In this document: positions 19,934 through 28,246 of the stretch, in pieces
Layout: each line of letters starts with the position of its first letter
How positions within the stretch are numbered: the stretch's first letter is position 1
Source of the DNA: a virus
Taxonomy: Duplodnaviria > Caudoviricetes
Length of the DNA stretch: 53,894 bases
Direction: 5' to 3' (one strand)
Virus record (IMG/VR): IMGVR_UViG_3300048582_000124
Coordinates: 1 to 53,894 of that record
Made by a program: the position numbers and the translations under genes
The notes under the pieces: model-generated
Databases searched by the model: none
What the model was told of the DNA's origin: nothing
Seen by the model: the letters and a program-made list of their open reading frames with translations, nothing else

Positions 19934-20821
19934 TTATTGCTGAGATTTGCCAAACAATGCTGTTTCTACTACTTTGCGGCATTGTTCGTTTTGGTACTGC
20001 TCGATTACTTCTTTCGGGTCGGCACCCTCATTAACTTCAATGACCGCAGTAATCACTTCAGAGATAAATTTGTAATCAGATAATGTAATTGCCCTCTTGC
20101 CAAGTAACGCTTGCCATCTGCCGTGTACTTCGGCGCCATGGCGCAATGCATAAGACCCTTGCTCGACAATAACATGAAACACGTGATACTTTTCTTGTGC
20201 TTCTGCTAAGTAGTCGTTAATATTGTAATCTTGTTGCTCAGTGATACCGATACGCTCGGTCAGTTTCTTAGCAGTCGCGGTAGTAGGCGGTAATTCATCG
20301 CCGATAGTGAACAAATAGCCTTTCTTACCGCGCTTTTCGAAGCAGTCAATAGAAGTTTTGCGAGCAGCAAAGATCCACGGCAGATCGTATGATTCGTAGT
20401 TGTTACCGCCACCGCCTCCTTCTAGATACAGTTCTGCAAGCTGATCAGAAATTCTGATATCTGCTTCAAATTGTGTTACCTGCAACGGCGCACTGTCACA
20501 TGAAATATCGCCCACGGCCATCATCATAAAATGTGGGTCAGTTACAGAACCACGGTCCAGCACAGTCTCAACTAATGTGCCCAAGCCTTTCTTAGCAATG
20601 TGTTCTGCAATCATCCCCATCGAACCAGTTACATCGAGTCCAACGATAATTGCAGTTGATTCCGGATTAACATCAGAGTCACGAGATTCTCGTAACGTGA
20701 TATTTTTCGGATCGTATTTGTTTACAATAGTGCGTTGCGTGAATACTTGTTCACGTGTCTGTGTAGCACGAACGCTTGCAGTTGCAGCGTACATTGTCGG
20801 TTCCCAACGAGCCGAGCCCAT
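19934..20821 (-). CDS. vWA domain protein
   Basis: MIDAS-like LDVTGSMG; EGGGGGN..ESY; FTIGDE. Confidence 0.85.
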   Translation of the reverse strand: MGSARWEPTMYAATASVRATQTREQVFTQRTIVNKYDPKNITLRESRDSDVNPESTAIIVGLDVTGSMGMIAEHIAKKGLGTLVETVLDRGSVTDPHFMMMAVGDISCDSAPLQVTQFEADIRISDQLAELYLEGGGGGNNYESYDLPWIFAARKTSIDCFEKRGKKGYLFTIGDELPPTTATAKKLTERIGITEQQDYNINDYLAEAQEKYHVFHVIVEQGSYALRHGAEVHGRWQALLGKRAITLSDYKFISEVITAVIEVNEGADPKEVIEQYQNEQCRKVVETALFGKSQQ

Positions 20822-20847
20822 AGTTTATTTCCTTTTAAGTTAGTGTA

Positions 20848-21540
20848 TTAATTATCGAAGAAGCTGTTCTTGCCGCCAAAGGGTGCTCCGCCTTTGCTGC
20901 CCATCATCTTCATCATCATCATCATTTGCATCATGTTGCCCATGCCGGCAGTTCCTGATGCATCGGCTCCGGTGCCGCTTGCTCCGAGCTGGCTGAACAA
21001 CATCATCGGCATAAGTTGATCAAGCATGCTGTCGCTGTCGCCGCCACCCATCATCATCATTGGGAGCAACATATTTTGCATAGTGCCTAAGCCGCCTTCG
21101 CCGCCGGGCAGCATGTTTACGAGACTACGGAGAACCATTACGCCGCTATCGAAGCCGAGCATAGATACTTTTGGAGGAGTCCAAGTAGTAATAGTACCAC
21201 CGGGGGTCATTAGACCGAAACGCTTCATTGCGGGTTTTTCAGCAGTGGCAGCACGCTCGTTGACGGAAATGATCCAGCCCTTAGGCTTGCTATCACCGTA
21301 AATCAAGTCGCCCACTTTAACCGAATCAACAGGCGTGGACTGTGCGAAAGCAGGAACTGCCATGCCAAACTGATCAAACATGTTGACCGTAATTTGTGCA
21401 TCCTCGCCAGTGCCTTCGATTGTAGTAATGCCGTCTTCGGTTTTAACACCGATACGACCAGAGAACAGATCCCAGACTACACCGTCGACCTTACGGAAGA
21501 AACGGTTCATCAGGCGATCATTTACATTCATGTTTTTCAT
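20848..21540 (-). CDS. Hypothetical protein with Met/Gly-rich C-terminus
   Basis: Start reassigned to MKNMNV; MLLPMMMM..LMPMMLF..MMQMMMMMKMM. Confidence 0.75.
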   Translation of the reverse strand: MKNMNVNDRLMNRFFRKVDGVVWDLFSGRIGVKTEDGITTIEGTGEDAQITVNMFDQFGMAVPAFAQSTPVDSVKVGDLIYGDSKPKGWIISVNERAATAEKPAMKRFGLMTPGGTITTWTPPKVSMLGFDSGVMVLRSLVNMLPGGEGGLGTMQNMLLPMMMMGGGDSDSMLDQLMPMMLFSQLGASGTGADASGTAGMGNMMQMMMMMKMMGSKGGAPFGGKNSFFDN

Positions 21541-21541
21541 A

Positions 21542-21943
21542 TTACACCTTCCAGTAAAATTGTTTACGAGCATCTTCATCGCTGAAGGATGCATCGATAT
21601 TGTCGTTCCAGATTTTAGTTGCAACATCTTTACCAATTACATTTGCATAATTGGATATAACGTCACGTTCTTGTTGCCCTTTGCGCCAGATACTATGATC
21701 ATCACTGTATTGAAAGGTAATGTCATGGTGCCTAACTAATTGTGTAAAGTACGCTTGTTGAGCTTCGGGATCATTGTCGTCCCACTCTTGCAACACTTCG
21801 CCTACTACACGGTAATACTGAGAACAGCGACCTTTGCAGTGCTTTTCCATTTCGACTACACTAGCGAAGATTAGGTCGTGTTCGTAACCCAGCTTTTCCT
21901 CAGGACCGTAATTACTGTAGGATTTAATGTGTGCTTTAATCAT
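21542..21943 (-). CDS. Hypothetical protein
   Basis: 133 aa; SD AGAGG; first gene after a promoter. Confidence 0.7.
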   Translation of the reverse strand: MIKAHIKSYSNYGPEEKLGYEHDLIFASVVEMEKHCKGRCSQYYRVVGEVLQEWDDNDPEAQQAYFTQLVRHHDITFQYSDDHSIWRKGQQERDVISNYANVIGKDVATKIWNDNIDASFSDEDARKQFYWKV

Positions 21944-21971
21944 TGCGATGCCTCTTTGTTAATGTGCTGCT

Positions 21972-22000
21972 ATTATAACGCACAATTTAACAGCCGTCAA
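21972..22000 (-). promoter_or_regulatory. sigma70-type promoter for the vWA/PurA-like operon
   Basis: TTGACG-17-TATAAT. Confidence 0.8.
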
Positions 22001-22006
22001 CTTATT

Positions 22007-22423
22007 TTATAAGTCGCCTTCTTTTCTATTTTCCGAATGAAATGGATCAAATTTGCCGCCTGGATAACGTCCTTCTAATTTGCTGACGTTTTCTTTAATA
22101 ACTTCCATTGGATCGAGTCCAAGTGCAGTACACGCCATCATCCAGTAAAAAATTGCATCGCCTAGCTCACGTTTCATATGGTAGATGTTATCTTCGTTGT
22201 ACGGTTTACCTTGAAAGAAAATCTTCTTTACAATTTCACTGTATTCGCCCGATTCACAACACATACCGATTGCCGATGTCATGAGCAGAGACGGATTGCC
22301 ACCTGCCTTTTGAATCGTAATCATGCTGTTGATCATTTCGGCAGTAAACTTGCTTTGGTCCGAAGTAAGCCCCATCACAAATTGCCGATAATTATTTAAA
22401 ACTTCTTTAGCTTCTTTTTCCAA
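22007..22423 (-). CDS. mazG: MazG-like NTP pyrophosphohydrolase
   Basis: ESGEYSEIVKK...ELGDAIFY...NVSKLEGRYP. Confidence 0.88.
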   Translation of the reverse strand: MEKEAKEVLNNYRQFVMGLTSDQSKFTAEMINSMITIQKAGGNPSLLMTSAIGMCCESGEYSEIVKKIFFQGKPYNEDNIYHMKRELGDAIFYWMMACTALGLDPMEVIKENVSKLEGRYPGGKFDPFHSENRKEGDL

Positions 22424-22435
22424 TGTGTTGCTCCT

Positions 22436-23269
22436 TTAGTCAAATTTAGGTATAAGTTCTGGAATTTGAAAAGTTAAACGCCATAACACGCGATCTTCTT
22501 CTGTATTAAATTCAGGACGGTGATGGGAGATACTATAATTGTTGTTTATCACAAGATCGCCGACTTGCCATTGATGTGTTATTACATTCTCCGGCCTTGT
22601 TGCTATTTCCAGTAGTTTCTTTTTAATTGTAAAAAATTCGCTAGGTGTAAATCCTTCTAGCCCTAGGAAAAACAAGATACTTGCAGATAACGCTTTTCTT
22701 CCTGTGTTAGGGTTTGTTATTACTAGCGGACGCATATGAGTTTCCCATGCAGTCTCGTACGGCGCAATGTACTTGGCCTGTTTATTTTCTATTGCATCTC
22801 TTAGGTCTAAAGGACAATTGTCATACAGCCACTCTTGATCACACCATAACGTAGGTGTCGGTATACTAGGCAAAATTTCTGCATACAAGATTCTAGTAGG
22901 GCATGTTCCACCTTCTCTATACCACGGCCTGTGCGCCACATCGTTATGCCATGACACTTCTTTAGTACCTAGCACGCCGTCACGCCCGTTTCGCACCATA
23001 GTAATTTTTTTGTTATCAGGGTGGTGCAGTTTTCTTTCGAAATTTCCTACCATTCCGTCGTCATCTGCACTCCAAGACTCAGCATTGGCTAGCAGTTCTG
23101 CAAACGCAACTACCTCTGCAGGTGTACCTGTATGCCCACGAAAGACTACTAACTTTTCTGTCGCAAGTAAATTTATAACAGTATCTCGATCGAATGTCTT
23201 AAAATCGTCGTAAGTTATGACACCAAAATGAGGATTCAATCTTGTAAATCTTTTGTCAATATCCGACAT
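22436..23269 (-). CDS. TauD/TfdA-family 2OG-Fe(II) dioxygenase
   Basis: LVVFRG, WHND (HxD), HQWQVGDLVINNN..HHR, RVLWR. Confidence 0.85.
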   Translation of the reverse strand: MSDIDKRFTRLNPHFGVITYDDFKTFDRDTVINLLATEKLVVFRGHTGTPAEVVAFAELLANAESWSADDDGMVGNFERKLHHPDNKKITMVRNGRDGVLGTKEVSWHNDVAHRPWYREGGTCPTRILYAEILPSIPTPTLWCDQEWLYDNCPLDLRDAIENKQAKYIAPYETAWETHMRPLVITNPNTGRKALSASILFFLGLEGFTPSEFFTIKKKLLEIATRPENVITHQWQVGDLVINNNYSISHHRPEFNTEEDRVLWRLTFQIPELIPKFD

Positions 23270-23270
23270 A

Positions 23271-23567
23271 CTATTTCCCGCTGTTACACAATGTTTCAAT
23301 TGACTTATAATGTTCGTATGCTTCTTTTACCGCAGGATATTTTTCCGAAATGATACGACGATCTCGTTCTTCTTTCTCATACATCGCTGCACATTCAACA
23401 AGCCTCGAAAATCCCGACGGAGAAACACAAGTAAGCTCAATCACAGTGTAAGGACGATGTGTAAGATATCCGCTAGAATATCCCGAAGTTTCTACATTAA
23501 TACTATTAATACAACACCCGAATGCAGCAAGCAAACTATGCAATTCGGTAAGCGAATGTTCTTTCAT
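23271..23567 (-). CDS. Hypothetical protein
   Basis: 98 aa ending KYPAVKEAYEHYK. Confidence 0.65.
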   Translation of the reverse strand: MKEHSLTELHSLLAAFGCCINSINVETSGYSSGYLTHRPYTVIELTCVSPSGFSRLVECAAMYEKEERDRRIISEKYPAVKEAYEHYKSIETLCNSGK

Positions 23568-23571
23568 TATA

Positions 23572-23754
23572 TTAATTCAGCTGTTTAATTCTTTCTTGAG
23601 TTTTATTATGCAGCTTAACGTATTTTTGTTTCTCGTCACTCTCGGGCAATTCTTCTGATAGATGCTCGTATGTTTCGTCCAAAATTACAATATCTTCTAA
23701 CTCTGACGAATCAATAATCTCTAGCACTTGTTCAAAATCCATTGTACTTGTCAT
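23572..23754 (-). CDS. Hypothetical protein
   Basis: Start reassigned to MTSTMD after a GAGGAGGT SD. Confidence 0.65.
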   Translation of the reverse strand: MTSTMDFEQVLEIIDSSELEDIVILDETYEHLSEELPESDEKQKYVKLHNKTQERIKQLN

Positions 23755-23782
23755 AATATTACACCTCCTCGTTTGTATGCGT

Positions 23783-23811
23783 ATAATAGCATAGTGCTGC
23801 ACAGATGTCAA
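23783..23811 (-). promoter_or_regulatory. sigma70-type promoter
   Basis: TTGACA-17-TATTAT. Confidence 0.75.
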
Positions 23812-24104
23812 TTACTATTTATTCGGGCGTAACACAATGTCGCAAGTAGTAAATCTTCTCGATTTTTAAATCTTAACGTTCGACCGCGACGAACTACGTT
23901 AAACGGCCCGAATCTTTCCCTAATTTCGTTTATTTTAGCAATAGATAAATCACATCCATCTAAACTTAATTCATTTTTCTTACCGAATGTATTCCACAAC
24001 TTGTTAAACAGTTCTGTACGTTCTTCCAGAGACGGGGACAGGGTACCGAAGTATTCCATCATATCATCGTCGGTGTAAAAACGTATAGACGGTATTAATT
24101 TCAT
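23808..24104 (-). CDS. Hypothetical protein (small paralogous family)
   Basis: Start MKLIPS; LRFKNREDLLLATL. Confidence 0.6.
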   Translation of the reverse strand: MKLIPSIRFYTDDDMMEYFGTLSPSLEERTELFNKLWNTFGKKNELSLDGCDLSIAKINEIRERFGPFNVVRRGRTLRFKNREDLLLATLCYARINSN

Positions 24105-24307
24105 TCTTTTAACTCCGGCAAACCTACTGCACGGCGTGCGCAATTTATAGGATCTATTCGGCCGCGTATAATCGCAGCATTAAGTTCGTCGAGTGTCATT
24201 ACAGAGGGCAGTGTTTCGTATGATTCAAAAACCACCGTAACACCTCCCCTTGCATGATACCTATAATAGGTACTACCGTAGCGACTACCGTAGTAGTTAT
24301 CGTCCAT
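24101..24307 (-). CDS. Hypothetical protein
   Basis: 68 aa, coupled to the clpP stop. Confidence 0.55.
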   Translation of the reverse strand: MDDNYYGSRYGSTYYRYHARGGVTVVFESYETLPSVMTLDELNAAIIRGRIDPINCARRAVGLPELKE

Positions 24308-24927
24308 TACCGCTTGCTAACAACTTCGTCTGCCAAGCCCATTTCAACTGCTTCGGCACCGCTAAAGAATGAATCAAATTTCATAATTTCGTACAATTCA
24401 TCGTATGTTTTGCCGCGAGAGTTATGTTGCGAATACAGCTCAGTGAGACGGGTGTTAAGGCGCTCTGCTTCGACTTGATGCCGCCGCATATCTTCTAAGT
24501 CATCACTTGTGTGACGAACGTTGCCGCTAGTACCACGCAAACCGTGAGATACACGGTGTATCATGGTGCGCGATTCTGGAAGCACAAATCTGCTGCCTGG
24601 TTCCCCTGCTTGTGCAAGAAACGACCCCATACTTGCAGCTTGACCAACAACATAAGTATAGATTGGGCACTTAATGTATTGCATAACATCATAGATAGCC
24701 AGGCCCGCTGTGACAGAACCACCAGGACTGTTAATATACATGTTAACTGGCTTTTCCGGATTTTCTGCTTCTAAAAACAGCAAAGATGCAATCAATCGAT
24801 CTGCCACATCATCGTGTACTTCACCGGTTAGAAACATTACACGTTCTTTCAACAAACGGGAAAAGATGTCGTACGAACGTTCTCCTTTGGAAGTTTGTTC
24901 AATTACGTACGGAATTAGATTTGACAT
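24307..24927 (-). CDS. clpP: ATP-dependent Clp protease proteolytic subunit
   Basis: [30 protein letters not shown] (Ser), MIHR (His), KFDSF (Asp). Confidence 0.95.
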   Translation of the reverse strand: MSNLIPYVIEQTSKGERSYDIFSRLLKERVMFLTGEVHDDVADRLIASLLFLEAENPEKPVNMYINSPGGSVTAGLAIYDVMQYIKCPIYTYVVGQAASMGSFLAQAGEPGSRFVLPESRTMIHRVSHGLRGTSGNVRHTSDDLEDMRRHQVEAERLNTRLTELYSQHNSRGKTYDELYEIMKFDSFFSGAEAVEMGLADEVVSKR

Positions 24928-24957
24928 TATTACTCCTTAGATTAATGGTTGAATTAT

Positions 24958-24986
24958 ATTGTACTATAGTTTTTACACGTTGTCAA
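24958..24986 (-). promoter_or_regulatory. sigma70-type promoter for clpP
   Basis: TTGACA-17-TACAAT. Confidence 0.75.
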
Positions 24987-24992
24987 TAAAAT

Positions 24993-25000
24993 GATAAATA
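24993..25000 (+). promoter_or_regulatory. Putative late promoter GATAAATA
   Basis: 5 nt before the ATG at 25006. Confidence 0.65.
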
Positions 25001-25005
25001 ATTTT

Positions 25006-25323
25006 ATGAACATTAAAGATATACTTCTCGAATCGCCAACTGACCTTATTGCAAGGTATCATCGTACCCCTAAGGCCTGCGCTGCTGCTGATCGGTTAAA
25101 TCAAGTAGCTGAAAAGTTTGCAGAGCAAAATAAAGAGCATTATATGTCTTATTTCGGCGAATTTTATAAAAACGGTTCTACTCCTGTTTTTACTACCGAA
25201 GACAATAACGTAACTGAGGCAACTCCGTTAAACAACAAACCCGAAGATCCGCAGCACGCCTCGAACGGTTACCGAGGTATAAGACGTGCAATGCAACTCT
25301 CCGGGTGGGAACGTAAAAAGTAA
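25006..25323 (+). CDS. Hypothetical late protein, possibly capsid-internal
   Basis: Lone plus-strand ORF; N-terminus MNIKDILLES resembles a cleavable propeptide. Confidence 0.65.
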   Translation: MNIKDILLESPTDLIARYHRTPKACAAADRLNQVAEKFAEQNKEHYMSYFGEFYKNGSTPVFTTEDNNVTEATPLNNKPEDPQHASNGYRGIRRAMQLSGWERKK

Positions 25324-25884
25324 TTAACGCAACTTAATAACGCTATCTTCGCCTGTTTCAAACTTCTGACGCACGTCGCCGAGTGTAACAATTTTGTACT
25401 TCTCGAGTTCTACTTTAGGAAATCCCGCAAGTCCCATCCAAAAACCAGACCACACATATTTCAACTGTGCCTCATAATTCATACGGACGTCGACAAGCAT
25501 TTTTTGACTAGTAGCAAAATCGTTACGGCCGGACTCCATCACTTGTTGAATTTGGCGATACAGTTGGTTATCTAATGGCATGTTCTGTTCTTTGATAAAC
25601 TGAAAAACTGCTTGACTACCTTTATCACCGTAACGCCCTTCAAATGTTGCTTGAATAACTTCTTTTAAGTCATTCTTCATCATGTCCGGCACCTGTGCAA
25701 CTTCTTGCACTTTGGTAGTGTAGTTGTTAAGCACAACTTGATTTTCTTTCCATACCCCTTCTAACCGTGCTTCGTATTGTACTGCCGAATTATGATAACT
25801 CACATAAGTCATAATAAAAAAGACAGCAGCAAGACCAAGTGCAACAAGGACCATTAGACCGATAAAACCATTTTGATTTTTCAT
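25324..25884 (-). CDS. LemA-like membrane-anchored helical protein
   Basis: N-terminal TM, SYHNSAVQYE, LYRQIQQVMESGRNDF..YEAQL. Confidence 0.65.
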   Translation of the reverse strand: MKNQNGFIGLMVLVALGLAAVFFIMTYVSYHNSAVQYEARLEGVWKENQVVLNNYTTKVQEVAQVPDMMKNDLKEVIQATFEGRYGDKGSQAVFQFIKEQNMPLDNQLYRQIQQVMESGRNDFATSQKMLVDVRMNYEAQLKYVWSGFWMGLAGFPKVELEKYKIVTLGDVRQKFETGEDSVIKLR

Positions 25885-25898
25885 GTGTTTCCTTTAAG

Positions 25899-26963
25899 TT
25901 AGTTGATGTGTTTGTGTGCAGCATAGCTCCACACAATCGGAAATGCAAACCCAAACATACCGATGCACAAAACAATCCAAAACGGAAGTTCGATGCTATC
26001 TTCCAGGTATGCAAAATCCTCAATGTCTCTACGAACGTAGTGTTTGTCGAGTACAGTTGCTATTGTAGCAGATAATGCAGGAATGTCAACCGTTTTTAAG
26101 TCTAGAATGGCATCACGCATCTGCACGTTAATGATATCTTGTGCAGCCCACGAAAAAGAATCGACTTTTTCTATTATTCCCGTCTCGTCTGCTTTGATCA
26201 TAACGTACACATCATTAATTTTCCCACCTAGATGCTTTGCTTTTGTTGTTTCGACAAAGGCTGTATCTTGATTATGGAAAATTACTACCAAATTTGCTTT
26301 CTTTTTAGGACCTAGCTGCTTAAGACTGTCGTTTAACAATTGATTAAGCAAAGACAGGTCGGTTGTGTACTTACTTCCGTGATTTATCACACGGTTAATA
26401 CGGTAATAATCGTAAACTAAGGGATAACTCGGTACAGCCAGTGTGCTGTTGTACAATTCTTTGTTAAAGATAGATAAAGGGGATGCTTTTATGTAATTAA
26501 AATAAGAATCTTCCTTAGCAAACGGTTCTCCAACAACAACTGCTGTCCAACGCGGCGGTTCGTCTGACCCGCGGCGATCCACACGATCAATCGTAATGTC
26601 ACCAACAGATGATTGTACATCCCAGTCGTAATCATTCGTATGCTCGTAGCAAGTCGAACACGATTCGCTGCACGACCTGTTTGTACCGGTACCGGTGCAG
26701 GTTGTATGGCAATTACACCGGTACGAGTGACTACACGGAACAATTTCCCGTGATTTCGAAAGGACTGCTCCGTTGAATATCTGTACGTCGGCACCTTGCA
26801 TTTGCATGCCTCCAAAATACAGCAACCCAATGACTAGTCCTTGTATAAGGACACCTACTCCCACTTCTTGCAAAGTAACAGTATGCGGGAAGATCTTCAA
26901 TGCAGCAATAAACACCACAATCGAGATACTTACAAACAAAAAAATAGCTAACCAAATGCTCAT
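25899..26963 (-). CDS. Membrane protein with Cys-rich periplasmic loop
   Basis: Two N-terminal TMs, CSHSYRCNC...CSESCSTCYEH, C-terminal TM. Confidence 0.75.
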   Translation of the reverse strand: MSIWLAIFLFVSISIVVFIAALKIFPHTVTLQEVGVGVLIQGLVIGLLYFGGMQMQGADVQIFNGAVLSKSREIVPCSHSYRCNCHTTCTGTGTNRSCSESCSTCYEHTNDYDWDVQSSVGDITIDRVDRRGSDEPPRWTAVVVGEPFAKEDSYFNYIKASPLSIFNKELYNSTLAVPSYPLVYDYYRINRVINHGSKYTTDLSLLNQLLNDSLKQLGPKKKANLVVIFHNQDTAFVETTKAKHLGGKINDVYVMIKADETGIIEKVDSFSWAAQDIINVQMRDAILDLKTVDIPALSATIATVLDKHYVRRDIEDFAYLEDSIELPFWIVLCIGMFGFAFPIVWSYAAHKHIN

Positions 26964-26993
26964 TGCACACCTATTAATGGATTATAGTAAGCT

Positions 26994-27021
26994 ATTGTAA
27001 CATATTAGCTAGCATTGTCAA
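26994..27021 (-). promoter_or_regulatory. sigma70-type promoter
   Basis: TTGACA-16-TACAAT. Confidence 0.6.
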
Positions 27022-27024
27022 CCA

Positions 27025-27396
27025 CTAAATGCCTAGTAGTTTACGTTCCTCCGGAGTGAGCTTTGCAAGTGCAGCATTCTTCACTCTCACCTTGCGATCT
27101 GCTTCTTCGAGCTCTTCGAGTGCCCAGCAGACTTCATTTTCGAAGTGCTCTAAGCGAGCGTAATCCTCATTCTCTTTCATCTCTAGCGAAAGGAAGACCC
27201 TGTATTCGCCGTCTCTGCTCGAGACGATAAGTTGCTCAGTAGCTACAGCTACAGTAATGTTCCAACCTAGACGGCGAACAGCAGTGTCCATTGCAGCGAA
27301 CATCTTGCCACGGTATTCGCGCACGCGACGCTCGGCTGTAGCCATGATTTCTGCTGCGGTCTGTGGATATCGTTCTGCTTTGGGTTGACGTGCCAT
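27025..27396 (-). CDS. Hypothetical protein
   Basis: C-terminal ALAKLTPEERKLLGI. Confidence 0.7.
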   Translation of the reverse strand: MARQPKAERYPQTAAEIMATAERRVREYRGKMFAAMDTAVRRLGWNITVAVATEQLIVSSRDGEYRVFLSLEMKENEDYARLEHFENEVCWALEELEEADRKVRVKNAALAKLTPEERKLLGI

Positions 27397-27425
27397 TTTG
27401 TTTCTCACTGTGTTTGTTTGTGCCT

Positions 27426-27454
27426 ATTATAGCAACATCAGAGAATGATGTCAA
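27426..27454 (-). promoter_or_regulatory. Perfect sigma70 promoter
   Basis: TTGACA-17-TATAAT. Confidence 0.85.
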
Positions 27455-28234
27455 CTACATTATTTTTTCTAAAGCAACAGCTACGCTTGCAGCAAAATCT
27501 TTATCGTATTTCTCGTGATTTTCGTCGAGTGATTCCATATTTTCCAGCGCCCAACGCCAGTAACTCATCGGAATCTCAGTTAATTTCTGACCTTTGTGCT
27601 TGCCGAACTGCATAGTGTCAGTAAGCGTAGGTTCGTCTAACCAAGCATCAATTTGTTTAATATACGGTGCATCGTCGGTTAATAGTCCCCTTGCAATCAT
27701 TTCGTCGATCATTATTTCTAAAAAATAACCGGTTACTAGAGCATCGCTATCGGCCCGGTGAGCATTAATTTCGTGGTACGCAGGATCTAATATGCCAAAA
27801 CGATAACGTAGATACGGCAAGGTAAAGTTCTCTACAGTGGGATCGTTGCCCCATAGTTTTTTAGCCATGCGTAATGTGCATATCCACGTAGGCGACGTCA
27901 CTGAATAACGAGCTAATACGCTTTTATCATAAAAAGCATTATGCGCAACGCAAACTACGTCTCCGCCAAACGCAAAGATAACAGAAGTAATATCTTTAAC
28001 GCAATTTTCGAAATACGGCTTAGTCTTTACCATGGCATTAGTGATGTTAGTGATGGACGACACCATCGGGCAAATACTATCGTGCGGTTTATACATATCA
28101 ACGAATGTAGTCCATTCGGCGCCTGTATTAATGGCGTACCCTAATTCAATTACTTCTGCTACTTTATAATCTTTACTAGTTGTTTCTGTATCTACTACAA
28201 TGCAATTCTTTAAAAACTCTTCTTTTCTATTCAT
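27455..28234 (-). CDS. DEDDh 3'-5' exonuclease (exonuclease X / DnaQ-like)
   Basis: VDTETT, HNAFYD, HRADSD; C-terminal MQFGKHKG...SYWRW. Confidence 0.88.
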   Translation of the reverse strand: MNRKEEFLKNCIVVDTETTSKDYKVAEVIELGYAINTGAEWTTFVDMYKPHDSICPMVSSITNITNAMVKTKPYFENCVKDITSVIFAFGGDVVCVAHNAFYDKSVLARYSVTSPTWICTLRMAKKLWGNDPTVENFTLPYLRYRFGILDPAYHEINAHRADSDALVTGYFLEIMIDEMIARGLLTDDAPYIKQIDAWLDEPTLTDTMQFGKHKGQKLTEIPMSYWRWALENMESLDENHEKYDKDFAASVAVALEKIM

Positions 28235-28246
28235 ATATTATTACTT

